From: Octopus vulgaris
Lineage: Eukaryota
Assembly: GCA_951406725.2 (NCBI GenBank)
Contig: OX597818.1
Span: forward strand, 86,676,001-86,740,000
Reading direction: 5' to 3'
Length of the DNA: 64,000 bases
A program made the position numbers and the translations under genes. Numbering within the stretch: the first letter of the stretch is position 1; each line of letters begins with the position of its first letter. Under the pieces are notes generated by a model. It had not been told where the DNA came from. It worked only from the letters and a program-made list of their open reading frames with translations, and searched no databases. Shown here in pieces: positions 40,944 through 55,829 of this stretch.

Positions 40944-41126
40944 GTAAGTTTTGTTTTTTCTAGCCCTGCCTAAGACAAAAATTGTAACCTTAAACCGCAT
41001 GGGATATGAATATAAGAAGAAAAAAAAATGATAAAATAAAAATAAAAGATACAACAAAATATATTCATTTTATTAGCTATGCTCACGCAAGGTAGAAGAG
41101 GAACTTTTTGAAAGGATAACGACAGC

Positions 41127-41230
<104 letters not shown>

Positions 41231-41237
41231 CAATAAA

Positions 41238-41296
<59 letters not shown>

Positions 41297-41303
41297 CAAT
41301 AAA

Positions 41304-41379
<76 letters not shown>

Positions 41380-41742
41380 CTGATGATGATGATTTTATTT
41401 ATTTACCACAAGGGCAAAGGATGCGGAGGACAATACAGAGACAAACATAAAGTATTGGGGTTTACATGTAATAATGAAATGATTAAAAGCAAATAATGTA
41501 TACACGGTATACACTGGAAAAGAACGGACATATGCATAGCATACAAAGGTATATGAAAAAGAGTGGGGGGATGATAGAGATGTGGCCCTCCTGATACAGG
41601 AACGCCTCTAGAGATGGTCGAGGAACCCCACTGTCCAAGATTTCCCTGAAACCTCAGGAACAAGTGGCCTTTCCAATTCCTTCTCTCTGACTCACGGGTC
41701 TACACTTAGAGAGATGCCATCCACTCTAGATAGATAGATAAG

Positions 41743-42290
41743 TTTCTTTATTCGCCACAAAGGGCCGAACACAGAGGGGACAAAATGCAATGTACAGCTT
41801 TTCTTTTTGGAAATAGACAAAAAAGGAGGAGAAAATAAATTTCCGATCAAAAGGGATCGTGTTAAAAAAAAAGCGATAAAAAAAAAACAGATTAGGTTTA
41901 TCCCTGGAAAGAAAAACCTACGGAAAAGACCACGGTAACCTCAGGCAGGGAGGGAAAAATCAAATGAGAGCAAAGTGTTCACTCTCTCTTTTTTCGATTT
42001 ACAGGATTATGATCAAAGTGGTTATGTCATTCGCACGTACCATCTTTGCTACATTCACACACTTTTTATTTAAACTTTCAGGGGAAAAAAATTGCCTCTC
42101 TATTCTCACCTTCCTTTTCAAGTGTTACTGGAAAAAGTTGATGAGCGATTGACCAGAGACGAAAGTGTTTGTCTCTAAACCTTTCGCTCGAGTCCCACAC
42201 ACATTCTTTCACCATGGCCACCAGTACGATGAACATTGCCTTGCCTTCCCGGTTAAGGGAAAGTGGCGGAGCAATTTTCACGATAGACTC
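41743..42290 (-). mobile_element. L1/Tx1-clade LINE 3' end (ORF2 C-terminus plus 3' UTR)
   Basis: ESIVKIAPPLSLNREGKAMFIVLVAMVKECVW.../SGQSLINFF..HLKRKVRIER; AATAAA-bearing tail. A further related 3' end lies at about 41400-41720. Confidence 0.7.
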
Positions 42291-42711
42291 AAAATATGAG
42301 GAGTTTATGGATATATTTTTTAATATTTAGCAAGAGTAACAGCGTGACTCAAGATGCAAGAGTTTCGAAAGTACGGACCTTGAGTCAATTTGTCACTTCT
42401 GCTAAATATATATATATATATCTTCTATAGCCTCGGACCGACCAAAGCCTAGTAAGTATATCGGAAACTGAAAGAACCCCGTTGTAAATATACATATATA
42501 TGTATGTATGTATATATTTGTGTGTTTTGGTTTGTTCCCCAACCATCGCTTGACAACCGATGTTGGTGTGTTTACGTCCCCGTAAGTTAGCGGTTCGGCT
42601 AAAGAGTCCGACAGAATAATTTCTAGGCTTACAATGAATAAGTCCTGGGCTAAAGGCGGTGTTCCAGCATGGCCGCAGTAAAATGATTGCAGCAAGTAAA
42701 AGAAAAAAAGA

Positions 42712-42752
<41 letters not shown>

Positions 42753-43358
42753 CACTCACTCACTAACACACGCGCATACAGCAGTTTGTTTGGATCTCTG
42801 TTCGTTTGTGTCAAGTTGTCGTCTAAACTCGTCAATAAATCTTCGTGAAACTTTGCATACATGTTAAAGTAACATCAAGTTTGTTACTAGACACATTGCA
42901 ATTTAATAAAAATCTATAATTGGACGGCTACGGCCCCTAGAAGAGGTTTAAATATAACCCATCTATATTCCTTTGACGGCCAAGGGGAAATAATCCATTC
43001 ATTTTTCTTTATTTTTCTCTTTTGCCCATTGGTCATTTCTCCCTCCATTTATTACAGAAGCAATATCTTTAGAGTGACCGGATACCTGTGGTTACGTTCC
43101 TGGTTAAAGGCGGCGTTCTATATTACGTGGACTTTCTTACAAGAAGTTGTCAGACAAAGTCAGTGATTTTGCTATCAATCTAACCAGCCCTAAGTCAATA
43201 TATAAATTTGATGACCTTTCTTTCATTTAAAACTTTCACTTAAAGCAAATTTGAGTCAAATCTGACCATGAGTTATGGAGATATCAATGTCACAACGTCT
43301 TTGCAAATTTTACCATTAACGTAGTTTCCATGGCAACTTTTTTAAATATTACATCTTA

Positions 43359-43530
43359 TAGGCGCAGGAGTGGCTGTGTGGTAAGTAGCTTGCTTACCAA
43401 CCACATGGTTCCAGGTTCAATGCCACTGCGTGGCACTTTGGGCAAGTGTCTTCTATAGCCTCGGGCCGACCAAAGCCTTGTGAGTGGATTTGGTTGACGG
43501 AAACTGAAAGAAGCCCGTCGAATATATGTT

Positions 43531-43622
<92 letters not shown>

Positions 43623-43820
43623 TGTGTTTGTCCCCCCAACATCGCTTGACAACCGATGCTGGTGTGTTTACGTCCCCGTAACTTAGCGGTTCGGCAAAGA
43701 GACCGATAGAATAAGTACTAGGCTTACAAAGAATAAGTCCTGGGGTCGATTTGCTCGACTAAAGGCTGTGCTCCAGCATGGCCACAGTCAAAGGACTGAA
43801 ACAAGTAAAAGAGTAAAAGA
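43359..43820 (+). mobile_element. SINE family C, full length
   Basis: Same structure as 28640-29053, with internal (TA)n(TG)n. Confidence 0.9.
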
Positions 43821-44543
43821 GAGAGAGAGTAAAGAGTTATTTAGTATAAATCAAGTTGAGTATGTTTATTTCCTAGTATTTGAACAGTTAGGGTTATTTT
43901 CGCAATTTACCCAGTATTTTCTTAAACAATAGATCCACTTTATTTCGGTCGGTGACTTATTCACGAATATACCATGAATGACGATGCCTTTCGAGTCACT
44001 ACAGCCAATTGACAAGCGCTGCATGAAGAACTGTTCTGCTTTTAGACAAATGCACTGCCATCACAAAGGTCACACCCTGTTTACATGTAGGAACACCTTA
44101 ATTTATATTGATAGATGTATTGATGTTTTCTTAAGATGTGCCCTTGACTTTTCTGTATTGACTATTTCCCAAGGGGAAATAACCCATTTAAATTTCTTTG
44201 CTTTTCTTTTCTGCCCACTGTTCATCTGCCCTGTCCTCATAAAGGTCACACGCTGTTTACACACAGAAACACTTTCTTAATTTATATCGTGTCGTTGCTT
44301 TGTAAAGATGTAATCTACAACAAAGACACTGACTTCCCGATTTTGATATTCATAACTTATTGGGATTTCCTAAAAGCAAGATCCTGTGTAAGGCGAATCA
44401 GTATTCTCTGTAAATGCACAAAAACCGTTCTAGGAGCTACATACTTTGTATTGATGCGATTGGATTAGCGAAACAATTATGAGAACGGGACCAAGCGATA
44501 AACCCCGCTTTCCTGGGAATTACCGGTTACGTCAGCTAGCGAG

Positions 44544-44583
<40 letters not shown>

Positions 44584-44585
44584 CA

Positions 44586-44617
<32 letters not shown>

Positions 44618-44627
44618 CAAACATACA

Positions 44628-44678
<51 letters not shown>

Positions 44679-44689
44679 ATATATATATA

Positions 44690-44725
<36 letters not shown>

Positions 44726-44819
44726 TAGATAGATAGATAGATAGATATATATATATATATATATATACATATATATACATATATATACATATATGCATAC
44801 ATATATACATACATATATA

Positions 44820-44853
<34 letters not shown>

Positions 44854-45088
44854 CGTGCATATTTGTATATATTCATGCTGATATTGCCATGTGTGTAAGT
44901 GTGTATATATACATACATACGTACATACACACACATATATATATAGCGATTCTATGAACAGTTTTAGTCCTTTACCTTTACTCCCTCCCCTTACTTGGCG
45001 GTTATTCTAATAGCTCTTTTGTCTTAATAACGGTCAATCACGCAGAAATTTCCCTTTGTTTAACGGTCAGTCTCATAGCATTTTTTGA

Positions 45089-45161
45089 TGGCCCGATAAC
45101 TGAAGAGATGCCGGCGTGGATTCCGCCCCGACATCCGAAACTCGGAGTTTTATCATGGCTA
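45089..45161 (+). ncRNA. type I hammerhead ribozyme motif
   Basis: Stem I GAUAA/UUAUC (extended by UGGCC/GGCUA), CUGAAGA, stem II GAUGcCGG/CCGaCAUC, GAAA, stem III ACU-cgg-AGU, GUU site at 45147-45149. Confidence 0.7.
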
Positions 45162-45264
45162 CAGAATAATGGTCACGTATTATATTTACAGATAAATTCC
45201 TCTATTTATATAATATCGAGGTCACTTTCATTTTCATTCTTTTGTTGCCTTACCATTTCTATCA

Positions 45265-45551
<287 letters not shown>

Positions 45552-45905
45552 TATCAGAGTATATATATGCCCTTGCTTCATTCAGCCCTATTGGCTGATA
45601 TGAAAGACACTCGCGCGCGCATACACACACACACACACGCACTGAGTTACCAGGAAGAATTACTCCACCGTGGTTGCGTGAATGTCGATCCGAAATTAAT
45701 GACTCATCGCTACAAGCATTGCATTCTGTTTAATAAAATGCCAGGAATCCCTAAAGAATGCTATGTGAAGAATGAGCGACAAAAAATGCCAAACGCCTCT
45801 CCTATCCTCTTGTTCTTCTTCTATACAATTGTGTGTTTCACAGATTGCATACCTTTGTATGCAAATTGTATCTGCTAGCTCTCTATCTGTTTATTGTATT
45901 TGATC

Positions 45906-45940
<35 letters not shown>

Positions 45941-46095
45941 GAATAGACGAAAGCGCTAATATATGATATATGATATATGATGTATAAAAACATGTAAAAT
46001 ACAAATAAATATCTGTACATATAAAACCGTCCGAATTTCTGAGTACCTCATTTCTTCTCATATAAAATACCTGTACATCATCTCAAAACCTTTTA

Positions 46096-46203
<108 letters not shown>

Positions 46204-46307
46204 ATGTATGTATGTATGTATGTATGTATGTATGTATGTATGTATGTATGTATGTATGTATATATGTAGGTATACATACATATTGTATGCATATATATAT
46301 ATAAATA

Positions 46308-46727
46308 TTGGGTTGTCCGGAAAGTTCGTGCCGATTTATAGTGGCTTACATTTCGACTTATTCTAGAACATGGTTGAGTCCATAAAATAGGATTTGACTA
46401 CACCTCCATTTACAGCACAGTTTAAGCTATCTTTTCGTGGAAGATGGTTTATGTTCCTATAACCTATGTTAATTCTGTAACCCTTTAAAATGGAAAATAA
46501 GAAAGTTCATTCAACTTCTTGGATGATGTAAAAAAGATACCTTGATGAATTCTTTGCCATGAAACTACCTCAATCCTGGGAAGAGGATATTTTCAAGTTA
46601 AAAGGAAGATGGAGACGCATTGTGCAACAAAATGTTTCGTATTTGGTTGATTAAAAATGTAATGGCAAGTATTTATTGACCATTTTCTTTCCTTTAAAAA
46701 TCGGCACGAACTTTCCGGACAAACCAA
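46308..46727 (+). mobile_element. internally deleted mariner
   Basis: TIRs ttgggttgtccggaaagttcgtgccgattt / aaatcggcacgaactttccggacaaaccaa, TA TSDs, residual YLDEFFAMK...GRWRRIVQQNVSYLVD*. Confidence 0.95.
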
Positions 46728-46759
46728 TATATATGCATGCATGTATGTATGTATGTATT

Positions 46760-47090
46760 CATGTTCTCTGTCTCTTATAATTTTAGAGCAAATTTTGATC
46801 GGCCACCAACTTGGTAACAAAGTTGTGAAGGAAAGAATCCACTTTTAACCATCATCATTTAAATCTTACGATGGTCTTACAGATTTTTATAGTTCCACAT
46901 ATCGTGATCATTTGTAGCATATTAATTAAGGTTTTACATTCTCTCCATAAGATGACAAGTTCAGCTATACTTTGCTCCAGATGGATTGCTATGTATCCTG
47001 TTACAGTAATAATAAGAGGTATGAAGCTGAAAGCGTATCTTGGGTACTGTATATCCAAACTCATCAACTGCTCAAAGACGTTCTCTTTCT
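46760..47090 (-). mobile_element. RLE-type (R4/Dong-like) LINE 3' fragment
   Basis: QYPRYAFSFIPLIITVTGYI...LQMITICGTIKICKTIVRFK*, homologous to 8545-8805; flanked by (CATA)n-type repeats. Confidence 0.7.
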
Positions 47091-47093
47091 ATG

Positions 47094-47125
<32 letters not shown>

Positions 47126-47149
47126 TGTATGTGTGTATGTATGCAGGAA

Positions 47150-47964
47150 AAGAAATCCAACACGTAGATTTTTTTTGCTGCACCTCTTCCACATCTACAA
47201 ATTCCGTAGCACCAGCTTTCGTCATCAGTGATGACCTACGATAAAAGGGCGCGGATCAATTTCCAACTGTTCTTTCAGTTCACGACACGCATTCAGACGT
47301 GACTGCTTTTGATCTTCCGTGAGCAAGCGACGCACAAATTTTGCTGCAATTCTTTTCATTCGCAATTCCTCGCTCAAAATTTGTTGGCTGGAGCTCCAAG
47401 ACACACCAGTCATATCAGCATGTTCGCCAATTGTTCAATGACGATCCTCCAAGACCAGGTCATGAACTTTCATGATGTTTTCATACTCTCAGGAGGTCGG
47501 CGGTCGTCCTGAACGAGGTTGGTCTTCAAGTGACAAGTGACCGTTTTTAAAGCGTGAAAATCAGTCCTAAGCTTGTCTTTTGCTCATAGCAGCGTCCTCG
47601 TAAGCTGTTTGAAACATGACAACTGCTTCAGCCACCGTTTTCCTCGGCAGGAAACAGAATTTCACAGAAGCACGATGTTCCTTCGTTTCAGCCATCGCAA
47701 AACTCGACGAACAGGGGAGAAGCACTACAAAACAAAGACGCACCACATAGGACTACAGTGCACATTCTATCCATAAGATGACAAGTTCAGCCATACTTTG
47801 CTCCAGGTGGATTGCTATGTATCCTGTTACAGTAATAATAAGAGGTATGAGGTAGGACTACAACAGGCGACGCCTGTCGGCAAACTGATGTCTGAGGATC
47901 GCTTCATCTGGCTACAACGAGCTTGACCACAGCGAACGTTTCCGGTTACTTTGGGAGTACCCTT

Positions 47965-47968
<4 letters not shown>
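47150..47968 (-). mobile_element. mariner 5' part (TIR plus HTH region of transposase)
   Basis: TIR tgaagggtactcccaaagtaaccggaa; GVSWSSSQQILSEELRMKRIAAKFVRRLLTEDQKQSRLNACRE. Confidence 0.9.
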
Positions 47969-48018
<50 letters not shown>

Positions 48019-48811
48019 CACGTGTGTGAGTGTGCGTGCGTGTGTGCATAAAATGCTAGAAAAAGCAAACTAGCTGTTTTGTGCAATACATACATCAAAA
48101 GGGCCTTTAAAATACTATTGTGGATTCCCAAGTCACTATTTTGTTACGTGGACCCCTAAAAATCTTACATGGACCGTCAGGGACCATATGAAACCCGGTT
48201 GAAAATCACTGATTTAAACGAATTAAGATGCCTGTTGCAAAAGGCGGTGAGCTGGCAGAAACGTTAGCTCGCCGGGTGAAATGCTTAGCCGTATTTCGTC
48301 TGTTTTTACGTTCTGAGTTCAAATTTCGCCGAGGTCGACTTTTCCTTTTATCTTTTCAGGGTCGATAAATGAAGTACCAATTGCGCACTGGGGTGTATCT
48401 AATCAACTGACCCCGTCCTCCAAAAATTTCGGTCCTTGTGCCTAGAGTAGGAAAGGAAAAAGATGTATGTTGTAAGGTTCGTTTGTGTCTAGTTATCTCA
48501 TAACTCAATCCTTGGTATTTTGGTATTTTAATCCTGATAGTTAAATATCATTCCTATTTTTACTACCCTGGGGGTATTTTCACTACCTCAGTAATACAAG
48601 ATACTTTCAGTTGTTTGTAAAACGTGTTCAATCCCACACCTTTCACGCACCGATCTTTTTGTATTCAACCCCTCTAGGTTTTCTACTTTTTAAAGCAAGG
48701 TTTCAGGGGAATCTTTCTTTCTGCACTGGCTGTAGAAATGAGTGGTTGCTAAAATATTTAGATGACCCAGAAGGTTACCACTAAGTTAAATATATGCATT
48801 TTTTTCTTATA

Positions 48812-49041
48812 AGGCGGCGCGCTGGCAGAAATGTTAGTGCGCCGGGCGAAATGCTTAGCAATATTTCGTCTGCCGTTACGTTCTGAGTTCAAATTCCGCC
48901 GAGGTTCACTTTGCCTTTCATCCCTTCGGGGTCGATAAATTATGTACCAGTTACGCACTAGGGTCGATGTAATCGACCTAATCCCTTTGTCTGTCCTTGC
49001 TTGTCCCCTTTATGTTTAGCACCTTGTGGACAATAAAGAAA
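48812..49041 (+). mobile_element. SINE family A (further copies 48242-48460, 50540-50771)
   Basis: Full head, core and tail. Confidence 0.9.
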
Positions 49042-49556
49042 TATATATGCATATTTTCTTTATTTATATTCTAAATTCACTTTTTTTTCTCTTTGCTTTA
49101 TTTCACATAGACGTTGATTATTGCTACAAAATTGTCTTAATAAATAAATAATTCAATTAGACGCATTAAAATGTATCTTACGGGGCATTTTTACTTCACA
49201 AACAATATTTTTCCTAATCGAGCGTTATAGAAGTATATTTATGTTTGCAGAAAATACAACGTGTCCTGGCATCAAAATAGATATTTTATTTTAATATATA
49301 TGTCTCAAAAATTTTTTTCGTATCTTTTGTACTTTTTTTTTCCTTTTTTTTTTTGTATCCTTTCATCTATATATTATGTTAACTTATATAGCACTGATTC
49401 CAGCTCACAGTGTACTCTCGTAGATCTTTGGCTCGAAAATGTATTCATGGTTTATTTTGAGAAATAATTATATTAATCGCTCTAAGAATAGCTAAAAAGT
49501 ATACTATTAATGCACTTTGCAGCGACAAGCGTATACAGATATGAATAAGTGTGTGC

Positions 49557-49632
<76 letters not shown>

Positions 49633-49689
49633 TCGTATACATATATACACATATTTAAATATTTACATATATACATAAATATACATATA

Positions 49690-49741
<52 letters not shown>

Positions 49742-49804
49742 TATAAAGTGATATATATGTATGTATATATGTATATATATATATATAATATATATATAAG
49801 TATA

Positions 49805-49863
<59 letters not shown>

Positions 49864-50376
49864 TCACACACACATGCGTATATACACCTCTGTGTGTGAT
49901 TATGTAAGTGTTCTATTGGAACAGCTATAATAGAAAAATGTCAGAGACATTGTTAAAATGACGTTAATTTTGAAAGATATCCGATAGAATACACGTATTA
50001 GAATTTTCGCTAATCATTTTCCTATTCGCGACAGAGAGACGTGTAACCTAATTTTCATTCACTGGTTCAACCAAGCTTTCATTGAACCCTACATTCTCTC
50101 CTTCCTTTGCTTATCTATTCGTTTATTCTCTCTTTTACTCGTTTGTTTAACCCGTCTCTCATCTTGACATTCATTATTCCATTTTGCTCATTCATTCACC
50201 CATTATATCTTTCGTTCAATTATTCATTCCTTCCTTCTTATATTCACCTGTTTATTTAGTCATTCTTTCATTGCCATTGAATCGTTAACTTTTTTATTTT
50301 TCAAGAAGAAATCGACTCTAGTTAGATGGATAGGTTCCACCAGCTCTAAAAGTTATCTATTATATAAAATCCGTTC

Positions 50377-50474
<98 letters not shown>

Positions 50475-51412
50475 CTAGGATCTCGAGCATCCTCCATCCA
50501 ATTGTGCTCAAATTTAATATGTAGATACCGACGGTATCAAGGCGGCGAGCTGGCAGAAACGTTAGCAAGCCGAGCGAAATGCGTAGCCGTATTTCGTCTG
50601 TCGTTACTTTCTGAGTCCAAATTCCGCCGAGGTCGACTTTGCCTTTCATCCTTTCGGGGTCGATAAACTAAGTACCAGTTACGCATTGGGGTCGATATAA
50701 TCGACTTAATCCGTGTGTCTGTCCTTGTTTGTCCCCTCTGTGTTTAGCCCTTTGTGGGTAGTAAAGAAATAGGTATCAGGGTGTGTATGTCTTGAAAAAA
50801 TTACAAAAATCGATTCCAGTTGAGAGTGCGATCGATAAAGCCGTGGGAACGTGTATTTGTACGCGCAAGTACGTCAGCTGTTGCGATCGATACTACGCGT
50901 ACGCGAGAAAAATGCACGGTATCTCAAATTTAGGTTAAATCAGTGTTTCTCAAAGAGACGGTCGGACAAGTTGTTTTGAGAAAATTTGGTTTAAATGTTT
51001 GACAACTCAACACCGTCCATTGGACGGGTGGGGTGACGTTTTGCTCGTAACAACATAAGTATACTTCCCTTTCGACTTTGTTTCCTCATAACTTTCAGAA
51101 AAATGGATATTTTTAATTGAAATTTTCTGCAAACATTTTTCAAATGGGGAAGATTACGATTGTAAGGGGATTTTAAGCGTAAAACTAAAACTGATCGTCA
51201 TGCACATGTACGTATAGTCAGACATGACATATATATACATATATATACTGGAGCAGGCAGCCGTGTGGTAAGTAGGTTGCTTGTCAACCACATGGTTCCG
51301 GGCTTAGTCCCACTGCGTGGCACCTTGAGCAAGTATCTTCTACTATAGCCTCGGGCCGACCAAAGACTTGTGAGTGGATTTGGTAGACGGATACTGAAAG
51401 AAGCCCGTCGCG

Positions 51413-51454
<42 letters not shown>

Positions 51455-51519
51455 TGTGTGTCTGTGTGTGTGTGTCTGTCTGTGTGCCTGTGTGTGTGAG
51501 TGTGTGTGTATACACACAC

Positions 51520-51551
<32 letters not shown>

Positions 51552-51564
51552 CTGTGTGTCTGTG

Positions 51565-51635
<71 letters not shown>

Positions 51636-51684
51636 GTATATATATATATGTATGTATATATATATGTATATATATATGTATATA

Positions 51685-51721
<37 letters not shown>

Positions 51722-51752
51722 GTATATGTGTGTGTCTGTGTGTCTGTGTGTC

Positions 51753-51809
<57 letters not shown>

Positions 51810-52412
51810 ATATGTACAAAATGGAGGGTGCTGAAAAATTGCTGGCTTTAAGGGTATTGCAAAAGGCCTGTTGGAGGCCAAAACCATCCCAACTCTTTTA
51901 CTGACCTTAGGAAAACTGAAGGATTGCTGCAATAAGTGCGTGAATCTGAGAGAGGAATATGCTGAATAAAAGCATAACTAACATATTCTCTTGTATATTC
52001 TTTTACCCAAAGCCAGGAACTTTTCGGCACACATTCGTATGATGTGTGACAGTGTGTATGAGTGCTCGCTCATAATTTTTTCCTCTTTTCACATTATATT
52101 CGGATATAATCGTAATCTGAACAATCTAAAAGGTACTTAAATAGAAAATTCTAATGATAAAATATATCTATTTTTCTGAAAAAATATGAGGAAACAAATT
52201 CGGTGGAGTACATTTGCATAGGTATGCTCTCTGAAATTTCGTAAGATACGTCGAACGCCTTAATGGTGTTGCTACGACCTCATCAAGGAGTTGAGGTCCC
52301 ATGATAAGACAAGGGGACAAATTTCTCCATACACGTACATAATTATACAGATATTCCGCCATACATATATCATACGTACATACATACATACATACATACA
52401 TACATACATACA

Positions 52413-52444
<32 letters not shown>

Positions 52445-53689
52445 CCATCACACGTAGTTTCCTCCACATCTACACTTTAAGTCTTAACTTTAAACATGCA
52501 AAGATACACACACATATACAAACATATATATATATATATATGTTTTTAAATAAGCATGTATACACGCACTAAAAAATAACAAGACATCGTTGCTGTCCAA
52601 ATAGCTTAAGCAAAACTAACTTCCACACGCAGGCGCGCGCACACACACACATACACAAACACATATGTACACACATTCCCACACACAAACATATATACAC
52701 ACATATGTATTCGTATACTTATACATACACCCTCACAAACATACATAAATGACATATGAATAGTTGTCAAATCAAGAAACCGCAGTAGTACACAAAGATG
52801 CACATACACGCAGATACACTCACATACGGACACATACACGCACACACACACGCACACAGACACACACACACACACACGCGCACCTACAAGTATAAAATAA
52901 AAGCACCCACACATACATACGTTGATGTGTGCGAAGTGAACTAGCCACGGGAATAGTTACTGGCACATACGCATAGACACATACACACACGCACATACAT
53001 GTACATTCACACGTACACTCACACACACTTACATACATTCACAGGAACACTCATAAACCGAAATATGTTCATATATACACTCCCACACTCATATACCTCT
53101 ATATACATCAATATCGGTCAGAACAGTTTGCCAAAAGGATTCAGGCACACATTCGTAAACACATATATAAATACATACGCACATGCATACACACATACAT
53201 GCACGCATGCATGCATACATACATACATACATACATACATACATACATACATACATACATACATACATACATGCATGCATGCATGCATACATACATACAT
53301 ACATGCATACACACACACATACATACATACGCACATACATACATACATACATACATACATACATACAAACATACATACATATATAAATACATACGCACAT
53401 ACATACACACATACATGCATGCATACATACATACATACTCACATACATACATACAAACATAATTGCAAATACATGCACATACACATGAATAAATATACAC
53501 AAACATAGTACGTGTATACACACATACACATGCATACATTCGTGCACACATACATCCATACCTACGTACGTATATGCATACATGCATAGAAATACATGTA
53601 CGCTCATCATACATTATACGCATATATACACATATATACACACTCACTCAGGGACCACACAAACATCCAAACATTAATGGCAAACAAAT

Positions 53690-54450
53690 CCAGAAGACAA
53701 AGACAGCCTACGCAAACCAGAACCCACTTAGGAACACTCACATACACACAAGCACACACACACACACACACACACACTTCAAACCATACACACACTCACA
53801 CACACACATACATAAAACACACACACGCACACAGTCGCACACACACACACACACATACTTCAAACCATACACACACTCACACACACACATACATAAAACC
53901 ACACACACGCACACACTCGCACACACTTAAAAACTCGTATACACACACACACACAAGGACAGCCACGCAAACAAGAACACACTTAGGAGCACTTACATAC
54001 ACACAAGCACCCACACACATACTTAAAACCACACATACACATATACACACACTTAAAACTTGTATACACACACACACACATACAAACACATACACATACT
54101 TAAAACAACACACACTTAAAAACTCGTATATGTACACACACACACAAAGACAGCCCACACAAACGAGAAAACCCTCAGGAGGACTCACATACACACAAGC
54201 ACACACACACATACTTAAAACCACACATACACACACTTAAAACTCGTATGCACACACACACAAACACATACTTAAAACTACACACATACTTAAAAACTCG
54301 TATATGCACACCACATACACACACATTCAAGACAGCCTACGCCCACAAGAACACTCTTAGGAGTACTCACATACACACAAGTGCACACACATACTTAAAA
54401 CCACACACACACAGACACAGACACACAGACACACTTAAAACTCGTATACA
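53690..54450. repeat. degenerate CA-rich minisatellite (about 4 units of 180-250 bp)
   Basis: Recurrent agacagcc..cgcaaac..gaac..cttagga..actcacatacacacaagcac and acacttaaaactcgtat. Confidence 0.75.
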
Positions 54451-54456
54451 CACACA

Positions 54457-54505
<49 letters not shown>

Positions 54506-55829
54506 GCACAAACTCCTACTCATAGGCATACATCTATGGCTGCCAAATCATCAAACCACCAACACAGCATCTCCGCATGTCACGCCCTTCGTAGCACACG
54601 CACACACACTTAGAACTGCACACATACACATTCACGCGTACACAAACGTTCTCATAAACATGCAATACAGTCATGGCTACCACCTCGGATATGTTTAGTC
54701 GAACAAATCGACCCCAATACTTATTTGGTTATTTGTTTTATCGGACTCTTAGTCGAACCGCTTGATTACGGGCCGTGGGCTCCTAGGGCCGGTTTCCCGG
54801 ATTCTGTTGCTTATATATTCCACCCCACCGGACTGGATGCCGGCCCGTCTCAGAATTATTCATTTTTGCCAGCTGAGGTAACTGGAACAATGTGAAATGA
54901 ATTATTTTGCTCAAGAACATCATATTGCCCCTTCAGGAATCGGAACCACAATCTTATTATCATACCAAAATTGATATGATTGTTTAGTCTTGAATCTTTT
55001 AGGTTTCCCTAACAGTAATATAGAGTGTGTATCCTAGGTGTGACATTAAACTGTATCCGATAGTGACGCTCTGGCTCAGGAGGTTTAGAGAATTTTGAGG
55101 AGTGAGGAAGTGAGGACCATCCTCCTAGCCACAAATGTTTCCAGATTTATAATGACCCGAAGTAGTAGCACTTGTCAGGGTCCCAGCTATAAGTCAATTA
55201 GCATGGCATGGAGGAAGCTCCAAACACAAACCTTTACTGCTCTGTGAGTTCCTTGGGAAATGAAAAGGCTAAGAGAGTAATCCTCGACAGAAAATCAAAG
55301 AGTTTAGTCCCTCAAATGGTCCAGTGTCCTTTATGATACTCTTCTGGCAGCTGCAGATTGGGTGGAACTCTCCAGTCCTGCAAGGCAATTCACCTAGGAA
55401 ATAGCTATTTTGATGAAAAGAGTACAGCTTGCTGGTCACCGCAAGACTAAAGAGTGAGATCGGATAGCGCGGACTGACCCTCACTGGTTGAGGATCGGTA
55501 TACATAGGCACTTGAGGGCACGACATTCTTCTGCGTGATCTTCGGACAAGAAGAAATTGTCATCATTCGGAGGGTGGAATTTGAGAATTTCAGGTATAAT
55601 TTTACTGAAACACTGGTCAATAATAGTGGAATGCAAAGGAAAACACTTCTGCCTAAGCCAGGGAATCCAGTATTTCTTGTTAAATTCGGCTTCGTAGGTG
55701 ACATCTGGTTTGACAAAAGTCCATAAAGAGAGCGGGAGTGTCGAGCTTCTTTTTGTTTGGGCTCTTTCGTGGAGCAAAGTACACTCATGTAAACTGACCT
55801 TTTTTACTGTCATATTCTTTTTTTTCTTT

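Noticed and set aside
42780-43350. Possible Helentron/DINE-like element (also about 43950-44340 and 50780-51200)
   Set aside because: Only motif-level resemblance; termini could not be defined.
55481-55813. 110-aa ORF as a host exon
   Set aside because: Co-linear with RTE endonuclease fragments upstream on the same strand; no acceptor site.
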